Assembly (NCBI GenBank): GCA_045653105.1
Contig: JAZOLL010000036.1
Coordinates: forward strand, 507-64,506
Direction: 5' to 3'
Origin: Eubacteriales bacterium
GTDB lineage: Bacteria > Bacillota > Clostridia > Oscillospirales > CAG-272
Length of the DNA: 64,000 nt
The notes beneath the pieces were generated by a model. That model saw nothing but the letters and a program-made list of their open reading frames with translations. It was not told where the DNA came from and did no database searches. Each line of letters starts with the position of its first letter. Within the stretch, counting starts at the first letter, position 1. Made by a program: the position numbers and the translations under genes. Shown here in pieces: positions 17,263 through 24,631 of this stretch.

Positions 17263-18492
17263 TTAGTTTAGAGTGATCTTTCTCACTCGGCTTGGCAGCT
17301 TATCCCTTGATTCTGTCAAGTGGATATATACCTCGTCCGCCGTGCTGAGATCTGTCTCGAGCGGATCGTAGTCATCCCAATCAATGCCGTTCAGACTATA
17401 TCTCAAAAGTCCGCTCTGCACACTGCTTCCGTCCTCTTTAAGAAGGATGTTTGTAGCGTCTGCGTGTATCCCGTCAAGGACCGCAAGCTCTTCATCTGTG
17501 CAAGCCTCCTTTGAGATACCCACAAAGTTCAGCGCGTATTTGATTCGACCACCGTTGAGGGTGGTTATCGCCTCGCGGTCTGTTCCCTCTATCCAGATGC
17601 GTACTGTGAGGGTCTTTTCCTCAGAGCCGTTCGCACAGTCAAATCTCAAAAGCGAGGGGCTTCCGTTTGTCATAGGAAGTACAGCCTTATCACCGTCAGT
17701 GCCACCGTTTTGTGCGAGTCTGTCATGTCCGACAAGCAGATAGCCGGATGCATACTGATCGATGCTCCACTCTCGCTCTTCCATCGCGGTAGTATCCTCG
17801 TTGAATGCTCCGTTGTTTGGGGCAAGATATTTATATGTCTCCCGAGTACCGTCTTCTGTAAACGTATATTTATTTCTCTCGGAGATAATTTCGTATTTGT
17901 CGTTTGGTATCCAAATGCTCTTGAGCGTCTCTGTAGCAACTACGCTTCCGTCCTCAAGTGTCTGTGTACCATTTTCATAGAAAGCCACTCTCACAGCTCC
18001 CACGATGACGTCAGAGCTGACGCTCTTTGTCAGGTCATCGGCAGTTTCCATATCCTCGCCCAGAATGTTTGACAGATTTGAAAGATACACATCCATAGGA
18101 ACCGAGGTTCTGAAATTAAGCTTTAAGGTAAGCATGTAGATCTCCGGTTTTTTCGCCTCATTGATATAGATAAAGCTCTCGGGATCGTTATAAACAGGAA
18201 TATCGTCTTTACCGAGCGTTAACGGGAAATAAAAATCATTTCCGTCCCCCGTGATATCGGGATATATCTTATCAATGTTCATCGAAATAAGAGAGCCCCA
18301 TTCGCTCGCCTCGTCATCAGCCATCCGCACCTCAAGCTTGCCACCGACTGTGATCACCATATCGTCATCCGTGATAATACTTGCCTCGCGGTTGTTGATA
18401 AACCAAGAGAAGCTGACCGATAAGACTACACCGAGAAGTGCCGCATATAGCAATATGGACAATATCAGTTTCTTTTTCGTTATTCGCTTCAT
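17263..18492 (-). CDS. SipW-dependent-type signal peptide protein, TasA-like paralogue (409 aa)
   Basis: N-terminus MKRITKKKLILSILLYAALLGVVLSVSFSWFINN. The C-terminal family motif is TVRIWIEGTDREA...YALNFVG, followed by an extra tail of about 80 aa. Starts 9 nt after the upstream stop. Confidence 0.6.
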   Translation of the reverse strand: MKRITKKKLILSILLYAALLGVVLSVSFSWFINNREASIITDDDMVITVGGKLEVRMADDEASEWGSLISMNIDKIYPDITGDGNDFYFPLTLGKDDIPVYNDPESFIYINEAKKPEIYMLTLKLNFRTSVPMDVYLSNLSNILGEDMETADDLTKSVSSDVIVGAVRVAFYENGTQTLEDGSVVATETLKSIWIPNDKYEIISERNKYTFTEDGTRETYKYLAPNNGAFNEDTTAMEEREWSIDQYASGYLLVGHDRLAQNGGTDGDKAVLPMTNGSPSLLRFDCANGSEEKTLTVRIWIEGTDREAITTLNGGRIKYALNFVGISKEACTDEELAVLDGIHADATNILLKEDGSSVQSGLLRYSLNGIDWDDYDPLETDLSTADEVYIHLTESRDKLPSRVRKITLN

Positions 18493-18501
18493 ATTTTATT
18501 T

Positions 18502-19404
18502 TCACTCAACCTTTTCTTGTTCAACAGCAGTAAAGTTTAATTTTACGAGTACGTTTGCTGACATAAGCGGGTTTTCGCAATCTCTGTCAAGACCGTCCAC
18601 CCAGATAATAAGTCGAATATCTCTTTCTTGCATAGCACCAAGCTCCGTGATCGAAACGGGGTCTGTAATATCTCCCCAAACGTAGTTGATTCCATCTATC
18701 ACCGAAGAGCCCTGCTCTCCCTCGATCGCTACCTGATACTCCTCACCAAGCTCGCTCACAAACGTTATCTCGCTTTCCTGCTCGCTCGTTATACTCACCT
18801 GGTTATTTTCGTCTATCTCAAGCTTACTCATAACGTCGGGTATCCACACAAGGACCGTTTTGTACTCCTCGCCATCCTTTATCTGAAACGCCACTCTGAG
18901 TGCCGCTGAGGCATATCCGCGGGGATCATTCGGGTCCTCTCCGCGCTCGACCGTGGAGTTGTGAAGGCAAAGATCGTTAGTCTGTTCTATAATGAAGGAG
19001 AAATCATACATAAAGATATGATTTGAAAGATCAGCATCTTCGATCTGCTCAAAGTCTGTCACACGGTAGTCCCAATATGTATAATTTTCAGACGCCGCTA
19101 TCTCGACAAGCTCTATCTTTGGAGAATAAAAGCTTTTTCCGTCACCTGAGACCGCTTTGAACTCAAAATTTTCATTCCCCGAAAGGACAAGCTGCTTTAC
19201 CCACTCACCGTCCTCTGCCTTGACGAGCAGGTTGTTTGCGTTCATTACCTCGACGTTGATCCCCTCAACCGTTCCCCTGTTTCCGTTCAAGAACCAGGAG
19301 TAGCTGACTGCGATCATAATGAAGATCAATGACAACACGAACATCGCGCCAAATATTAACTTTTTAGTCTTTATTTTGCGTCCTTTCGTTTGTGTTGTTG
19401 ACAT
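18502..19404 (-). CDS. SipW-dependent-type signal peptide protein, TasA-like paralogue (300 aa from the revised start)
   Basis: The revised start is the ATG at 19404 (MSTTQTKGRKIKTKKLIFGAMFVLSLIFIMIAVSYSWFLNG), preceded by GAGGGAGA. The track start at 19473 lies inside the upstream gene. The C-terminal motif is RLIIWVDGLDRDC...VKLNFTA. It overlaps the upstream gene by 41 nt. Confidence 0.6.
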   Translation of the reverse strand: MSTTQTKGRKIKTKKLIFGAMFVLSLIFIMIAVSYSWFLNGNRGTVEGINVEVMNANNLLVKAEDGEWVKQLVLSGNENFEFKAVSGDGKSFYSPKIELVEIAASENYTYWDYRVTDFEQIEDADLSNHIFMYDFSFIIEQTNDLCLHNSTVERGEDPNDPRGYASAALRVAFQIKDGEEYKTVLVWIPDVMSKLEIDENNQVSITSEQESEITFVSELGEEYQVAIEGEQGSSVIDGINYVWGDITDPVSITELGAMQERDIRLIIWVDGLDRDCENPLMSANVLVKLNFTAVEQEKVE

Positions 19405-21187
19405 TGTTCTCCCTCTTCTGTTGCGCTTTCTGCAATCTATGTTTATTTCTCTGCTTCTTCTTTGAAGGATCATACACCTTCTTTACGGGTTTAGGCGGCT
19501 GGGGCTTGGGTTTGGGCGGAGGAGGCGGTGGAGGTGGCGGCGGTTGCTTTTTCACAAACACACCACTTATCGCAGTTATCAGCTTTCTCCTCTTCGCTCT
19601 CTTTGCCTCTATAGCCGCAAGTCTTGCAAGCTCAAGGGCTCTCGCCTCCTCGGCGACTCTCCTCTCCTCCGCAATTCTTGCTTCCTCTGCAAGCCTTGCC
19701 TCTTCTGCGAGTCTTACTTCTTCCGCGAGCCTTGCCTCTTCTGCGAGTCTTGCTTCTTCTGCGAGTCTTGCTTCTTCCGCGAGTCTAGCTTCTTCCGCGA
19801 GCCTTGCTTCTTCCGCGAGTCTTGCTTCTTCCGCGAGCCTTGCTTCTTCTGCGAGTCTTGCTTCTTCCGCGAGCCTTGCTTCTTCCGCAAGCCTTGCTTC
19901 CTCGGCAAGTCTTGCTTCTTCCTCAAGTCGCTTGCGCTCAAGAGCCTCAAGACGCGCCTGCTCTTGCTTTCTGCGCTCCTCACGTCTCTTTGCACGGATC
20001 TCACGCTGCTTGTTCTCCTCAAGTATCTTTTCCGTCTCGTAAGCGATAGTTCTCGTCAAAACGTCCTTGATCTTGTTGAACTGCGTGCGCTCCTTTTGCT
20101 TCTTGCGCTCAAGTCTGTCTATGAATACGCGGCGGATCTCGTCGATCTCCATGTCGTATTGCTCGATGATCTCATCCATCTCGCGCTTGACGATATTGAG
20201 CTCTGTTTCCTGCCTGCGCTCGGAGTAATCTCCGATCTCTTCCATACGTCCCGCGTGCTTTTTCAGCATAACGTATTGCATCGCTACTACCGAAAAAAGC
20301 TCGTTCAGGTATTCCTCAGAGGGATTTGCCTGCCTCTCAACGTGGCTGACGCTGTATCCCACCTCATCGTATTGTTCAACGAACATCCAAAGGTCAACTG
20401 CCTTACGGAAGTTCGGATTTTTCTTAAGTACGTTGGTCATATTAAGCGGAGGGCGTACAAGCGCGCATCCCGCAAGTGACTTTATAAGAGCCGAGCCCTG
20501 AAAACTGTAGAGTATCTTTCTTACACGTTCGATTCGCTGTACCGAGTTGAGATGCGTTACGTCCGCATCCACACGCATATCATCTTCACTTATCTCGATA
20601 TGAGGCGTTGTGCAGACGATATTGAAATCGTACTTGAGCTGATCGTGTCCCGTGTCGCAATTTCCGTCAAGCTTTATCTCAAACATGTCCTGCGTGTCAT
20701 TCGTAGTCATGAGCGCGCGCAGACGCTTGTCGAGAAAGTAGTCAAGCTTTTGCAAAAGCGTAAAGATAAATCTGTTTTCATAAGTGTCAAAGCTTTCTTC
20801 CTTGACAATGTTCAGCATTCGCTGGGGGGTGACCTCGTCTCCTTTTACCATCGCTATCATACTTGTATGCTGCGCGAGGTGGCGGATAGACTCGGTGCTG
20901 ATCGTTCTCACCATTTCGATGGGAACGATCTCCTCTTCGTTTTTAATATATCTCTGCGGCGTGCGGATAATGGTATCCAGCGCTACGATACTGTCCTCTA
21001 TCATCTCGACCCAGGACAGATCGATATTTCGCTCAACGAACTTTTCGTAAAGCGAGATGTTACACGTGCCGCTCTTTATAGCGTTTACGAAAAACTTGTG
21101 AAAATCATCAGAGGCGAGCTCACCGAGAAATCCGTGTATAAAGTTGTTATAAAATTCTTCTATGCGGGTCGTTTTGATTTCCGCCAC
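19364..21187 (-). CDS. McrC-N-terminal-like (DUF2357-like) protein without a recognisable nuclease, fused to a long E/R/A-rich helix and a poly-Pro/Lys tail
   Basis: SFDTYENRFIFTLLQKLDYFL resembles the DTxENR motif of McrC/DUF2357 N-terminal regions. The C-terminal half reads ...RREERRKQEQARLEALERKRLEE(EARLAE)x~14...KKQPPPPPPPPPPKPKPQPPKPVKK. No signal peptide or TM segment. It sits 43 nt downstream of the McrB-like gene. Confidence 0.5.
   Translation of the reverse strand: MAEIKTTRIEEFYNNFIHGFLGELASDDFHKFFVNAIKSGTCNISLYEKFVERNIDLSWVEMIEDSIVALDTIIRTPQRYIKNEEEIVPIEMVRTISTESIRHLAQHTSMIAMVKGDEVTPQRMLNIVKEESFDTYENRFIFTLLQKLDYFLDKRLRALMTTNDTQDMFEIKLDGNCDTGHDQLKYDFNIVCTTPHIEISEDDMRVDADVTHLNSVQRIERVRKILYSFQGSALIKSLAGCALVRPPLNMTNVLKKNPNFRKAVDLWMFVEQYDEVGYSVSHVERQANPSEEYLNELFSVVAMQYVMLKKHAGRMEEIGDYSERRQETELNIVKREMDEIIEQYDMEIDEIRRVFIDRLERKKQKERTQFNKIKDVLTRTIAYETEKILEENKQREIRAKRREERRKQEQARLEALERKRLEEEARLAEEARLAEEARLAEEARLAEEARLAEEARLAEEARLAEEARLAEEARLAEEARLAEEARLAEEVRLAEEARLAEEARIAEERRVAEEARALELARLAAIEAKRAKRRKLITAISGVFVKKQPPPPPPPPPPKPKPQPPKPVKKVYDPSKKKQRNKHRLQKAQQKRENNVNNTNERTQNKD
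19670..19930 (-). repeat. In-frame 18-bp tandem repeat, about 14 copies, encoding (EEARLA)n
   Basis: The plus-strand unit gcgag(t/c)cttgc(t/c)tcttc(t/c) repeats head to tail. A G/C-rich tract at 19497-19551 encodes the P10 and PKPKPQPPKP segment. Confidence 0.9.
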
Positions 21188-21230
21188 GGTCAGCTCACCT
21201 CCTGTCTGTTGAATTCTGAATTAAATCAAA

Positions 21231-22766
21231 TTAAACGAGCTTCTTAAGTCTGCGTAAGTATGCCTTTGCCTCCTGCATATTCTCTTCGCCGAAAAGCTCG
21301 GAGAGATAAGAGATAAGACCGTCGATCTCATCACGGATAAAGGCGAGGTTAAGTCCCTCAAATTTTCTGAATATCTTGTTTGTCAAAACGTAGTCAAGTC
21401 CATCGACCTCTGTTCCGCCGCAACCAACGTAAACGGGAACAAAATCACGGAGCTGCTTGACGATACGGTTCCCGAATGCAAGACGGAAGTGCTCGATCAC
21501 GTAATCGTCGAGCTTGGCGATCTTTTCCATCGTCTCTTCTCCGACCTTGTACTTTTCCTTGCACTCGGCAAACATTGCCTCAAGGTGCTTGTAGGAAAGA
21601 TTCAGATTTTCGGTATAGGGCGCGTCAAACTTTACACCCTTGGAATCAATATTTATCGGGATAGCACGGTCGTAAACCTTGTCCGAGATAGCGAAGGTCG
21701 AGTCGTCGTTGTTCGCCGTACCGACGTACCACATGTTCTCGGGAAGAACGAAACGTCCGTTTTCAATGTGCTTGGGGTCTGTGGGCCATCCGCTGGGAAC
21801 AAGGTCAACTATCCACTCGTCACGGGACGGCATTTCGAGAATTGAAAGCATTTCCGCGAAGTAGTACTCAACTCGCGCAATGTTCATCTCGTCAAGTATT
21901 GTAAGATACACCTTGTCGGTGTAGGTCGCCTCGTACATTCTCTTGAGGACCTCTGTCTCGGAGAATCGCTTTGTAAATTCGTTGAAGTATCCAAAGAGCT
22001 CGCTTCGGTCACGCCAGGACGGCTGAACCGATGCGATCTGTGTGTCGTTCTCCAAAAACTTACCCCACGCGTAAGGAAGCGAGGTCTTACCTGTACCGGA
22101 AATACCCTGAAGGATTATAAGTCTTGTAGAGGAGAATGCCGCGAGGAACAAACGGATAACGCGAGGCTCGTAGTAAAGTCCCATACGCGAGCACGCAAAA
22201 TTGCGGAACCTCTCGCATATCTCCTCAAGGGTTATCTCGTTATCAAAGACCTCAGCCTCTCTGTCGTAATCAGCGTACTGCGCGTCTACCTGTGTGAGCT
22301 TGTAGAATCGGCTCTCACCCTCCTTGATAGCACCCATCGAACCTTCGTCGGATGCCGCGCCCTCACCGAGTGAGGATGTGAACGGAAGATCGGGAGCTCC
22401 CGCCTTGATGGCGAGTATTCTGTCCTTCTCTTTTGTAAGGCGTATTACCTGCGCGTTCAGCTTGCCTACCTCGTCAACGAGCGCGAGCTGATTCTTTACC
22501 GCGTTGTACGCGCGGATTCGTCTTTTAACGAATATCACCGCAAGCATAACGAGTGCACAGAGGAGTGCGAGCACCACGAGTACTGTGAGGATCGCGAGTA
22601 TCCAAGCTATTACGGTAAAGCCACCGCAAAACTCGTCGAATATCTCCACGTAATCGGGAACATCCACAAGCGCAAATAACCCTCCGAAGATTCCGGCAAT
22701 TATAGACCAAAATCCTCCGAAGAACTGCTTTAATATTTCATATAAAAATTCTACGTATGAAGCCAT
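21231..22766 (-). CDS. Membrane-anchored McrB-like AAA+ NTPase (GTPase-type)
   Basis: The start is revised to the ATG at 22766 (MASYVEFLYE, RBS AGGGGA). Two N-terminal hydrophobic segments are FFGGFWSIIAGIFGGLFALV and GFTVIAWILAILTVLVVLALLCALVMLAVIFV. Walker A LQGISGTGKTS lies at nt 22083-22106. VQPSWRDRSELFGYFN, Walker B with the McrB signature LTILDEMNIARVEYYFAEMLSILE, and GTANNDDSTFAISDKVYDRA (NxxD-like) are also present. Confidence 0.7.
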   Translation of the reverse strand: MASYVEFLYEILKQFFGGFWSIIAGIFGGLFALVDVPDYVEIFDEFCGGFTVIAWILAILTVLVVLALLCALVMLAVIFVKRRIRAYNAVKNQLALVDEVGKLNAQVIRLTKEKDRILAIKAGAPDLPFTSSLGEGAASDEGSMGAIKEGESRFYKLTQVDAQYADYDREAEVFDNEITLEEICERFRNFACSRMGLYYEPRVIRLFLAAFSSTRLIILQGISGTGKTSLPYAWGKFLENDTQIASVQPSWRDRSELFGYFNEFTKRFSETEVLKRMYEATYTDKVYLTILDEMNIARVEYYFAEMLSILEMPSRDEWIVDLVPSGWPTDPKHIENGRFVLPENMWYVGTANNDDSTFAISDKVYDRAIPINIDSKGVKFDAPYTENLNLSYKHLEAMFAECKEKYKVGEETMEKIAKLDDYVIEHFRLAFGNRIVKQLRDFVPVYVGCGGTEVDGLDYVLTNKIFRKFEGLNLAFIRDEIDGLISYLSELFGEENMQEAKAYLRRLKKLV

Positions 22767-22798
22767 GATATGTCCCCTATCCAAAAAATCCTGTTAAT

Positions 22799-23521
22799 TT
22801 ATGTATTGTCGTCGCCACTGTTGGCGGTGCTTTCTTCTTTAGTTTCTTCTTTGTTGTTTGCCGCATCCGCATCTGCCTGCATCTTTGCAAGATATTCGCG
22901 AATGATAGCGTCCTTTGCTTCGTCGGAAACGCCTTCCTTAGCGGCCTCAACCATCTCCTGCTTCTTGCCCTGAAGATAGAGAGCTATGAGCTTGTATATC
23001 TGCCATGCGATAAATGCAACCATCGGGAGCACAAGGCAGAGTATGAAGCCGAGGGGCTTCTTGAGGAAATCGATAAATCCACCGAGCGCGGGAATGTCAA
23101 ATTTGTAAACTGCCACTACGTCATCGACCGACTTCCATGCCGAATCGGGTACGGGGCAGATCTCACGGTTGTCACCCTGAGTCTGATAGAACTTTTCTTC
23201 TCCGTTGTCGAAAATATCTACAACGCGGTGCGTGTTAACAACGTCAACACCGTTTATTCTCTGGTAGAAAGAAATGATATCTCCCTTTGCTATCACAGTG
23301 TCCTCTTTTACGATCTTGCCGACAACAAGCGAGCCCTTTTCAAAGGTCCCTGACATCGATTCGGACTGAACACTGTTTATGACATATCCGAAAACGTTAG
23401 GCTGGCCGCCGTTCTCCTTGTCTGACGTAATATTCGAGATGACCGAGATAACAGATATCACAAATACTAATACGATAAGAATGTCAAGTGCAACCTTTCC
23501 TATCTTCTTGAATGTTTCCAT
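22799..23521 (-). CDS. sipW: Signal peptidase I, SipW-like (S26B), copy 2, with a long acidic C-terminal tail
   Basis: N-terminal TM segment, Ser box VQSESMSGTFEKGSLVV, His box NTHRVV, and QTQGDNRE. A C-terminal TM segment (PLGFILCLVLPMVAFIAWQIYKLIALYL) is followed by a tail of about 60 aa rich in E/D/K/A. Confidence 0.8.
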   Translation of the reverse strand: METFKKIGKVALDILIVLVFVISVISVISNITSDKENGGQPNVFGYVINSVQSESMSGTFEKGSLVVGKIVKEDTVIAKGDIISFYQRINGVDVVNTHRVVDIFDNGEEKFYQTQGDNREICPVPDSAWKSVDDVVAVYKFDIPALGGFIDFLKKPLGFILCLVLPMVAFIAWQIYKLIALYLQGKKQEMVEAAKEGVSDEAKDAIIREYLAKMQADADAANNKEETKEESTANSGDDNT

Positions 23522-23592
23522 GATATGTCTCCTTACTTTTAAATTTCTTAATTTTGATAAATTATTTTTTCGCCGTCATTTAGTTTAGGCCC

Positions 23593-23619
23593 GCCGGCGG
23601 CGGCTGTACCGCCGCCGGC
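23593..23619 (-). terminator. Perfect 11-bp G/C hairpin downstream of the 269-aa subunit gene (attenuator or mRNA-stabilising stem; no U-tract)
   Basis: gccggcggcgg (23593-23603), loop ctgta, ccgccgccggc (23609-23619). Confidence 0.5.
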
Positions 23620-23690
23620 TACACCAAACTAATAATTTAAAGTTTCGCCTCGATAAATTTTAGAAAAGTGTTTAAAGTTTTAATGTCGGA

Positions 23691-24500
23691 TTACTGCTGA
23701 ACCTCAGTAGCGTTGAGGGAAAGCTCAACATTGAATCCGGAGCTTGCGTTCTTGTTGATGCACTCTGCATCCTGACCCTCAACCCAAACAACGACCTCTA
23801 TCTTAACGATATTCTCTACGAACTCGCCGCTCTCGTCTACGTCACCGCCTGCAACTGTGAAAGTGCAGTCAGCAGCAGCAGTCTTAAGGGTAGCGGGCTT
23901 TTCAAGATAAGTGGTATCTGTTGCGATTGTAAAGTAATCTGTAGATGTTCCCTTTACTGCCTTGTAGTCCTCATCGCCAAGAATGAATGCGAGTGTCTTG
24001 TTTGCGTCGGTCTCAAGGCTATCATATACGAACACTGCAAGTCTTGCTGCCTCGGAAATATCACGAGCATCGCCCTCAGCATCTGTATCTACAAATCTTG
24101 TTCCGGTAAGGTCAACTGTGATATCATTGTAACCTGTGTTCTTTATGTAAAGAACCTGGCTCCATACGTTGGTGGGCTTATCGTTTTCAACTGTCTTGAA
24201 CTGATCGGGGTTAGCGGGGTTGAACTCTACCTTGAAGAAGTTAGCCGCATTAATAGTAGAAACAGGCTGTACATCATTGATAGTTGCATCTTCAAGTGTA
24301 AGTTCGTTTGCCCAACCACTTGTTGCGTTTGTGGAGATCTGAAGACCACCGTCAGCCGCTACAACGTTCATAGACATACCGGTAACGGTAGCTGTCTTAG
24401 CAGATGTGAACCACGCGTATGTTATGCCTGTCAACGAAAGAACTGCTACAACCAACATACAAATTGTAGAGAGCATAGCTTTTCTCAATGTCTTTGTCAT
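23691..24500 (-). CDS. SipW-dependent-type signal peptide protein, TasA/camelysin-like (269 aa); candidate major subunit
   Basis: The N-terminus MTKTLRKAMLSTICMLVVAVLSLTGITYAWFTSAKTATVTGMSMNV is the closest match to the GTxAxFTD layout of TasA/CalY. The C-terminal motif is VVVWVEGQDAEC...VELSLNA. It has a strong RBS (AAGGAGA), its own upstream AT-rich gap and a downstream hairpin. Confidence 0.65.
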   Translation of the reverse strand: MTKTLRKAMLSTICMLVVAVLSLTGITYAWFTSAKTATVTGMSMNVVAADGGLQISTNATSGWANELTLEDATINDVQPVSTINAANFFKVEFNPANPDQFKTVENDKPTNVWSQVLYIKNTGYNDITVDLTGTRFVDTDAEGDARDISEAARLAVFVYDSLETDANKTLAFILGDEDYKAVKGTSTDYFTIATDTTYLEKPATLKTAAADCTFTVAGGDVDESGEFVENIVKIEVVVWVEGQDAECINKNASSGFNVELSLNATEVQQ

Positions 24501-24631
24501 TTTTCTTTTCTCCTTAATTAAATTTTTAATTAAATTTTTTCAAATTTATAATACATACTTGTCATTTTTTGTTGGGGCGCGATTTCAAACCGATCTAAGC
24601 TGCTTTAACGGCTTGATTGACACAAGAGGAG

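Noticed and set aside
19392-20479. Long plus-strand ORFs (216 aa and 311 aa) rich in Ser/Leu/Ala or Phe/Cys across the repeat region. I also briefly considered whether the 18-bp repeats could be a CRISPR-like array.
   Set aside because: - They are mirror frames of the (EEARLA)n coding repeat on the minus strand.
- The repeats are contiguous with no unique spacers and keep the minus-strand frame open, so this is a coding tandem repeat and not CRISPR.
19364-22766. Interpreting the McrB-like/McrC-like pair as a conventional McrBC type IV restriction or defence cassette inserted into the operon.
   Set aside because: - The McrB-like protein has TM helices instead of a DNA-binding domain.
- The partner shows no recognisable nuclease block.
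- Spacing to both neighbours is operonic (a 32-nt gap and a 41-nt overlap).
- There are no mobile-element signatures.

This cannot be fully excluded without profile or structure searches, so it is kept as the alternative hypothesis in the findings.
24501-24631. A canonical sigma-A promoter for the 269-aa subunit gene.
   Set aside because: Only partial matches were found: ATGACA and TATAAA with the wrong spacing, and TTGAAA with no -10 box. No pair has 16-18 nt spacing, so I did not annotate a promoter here.
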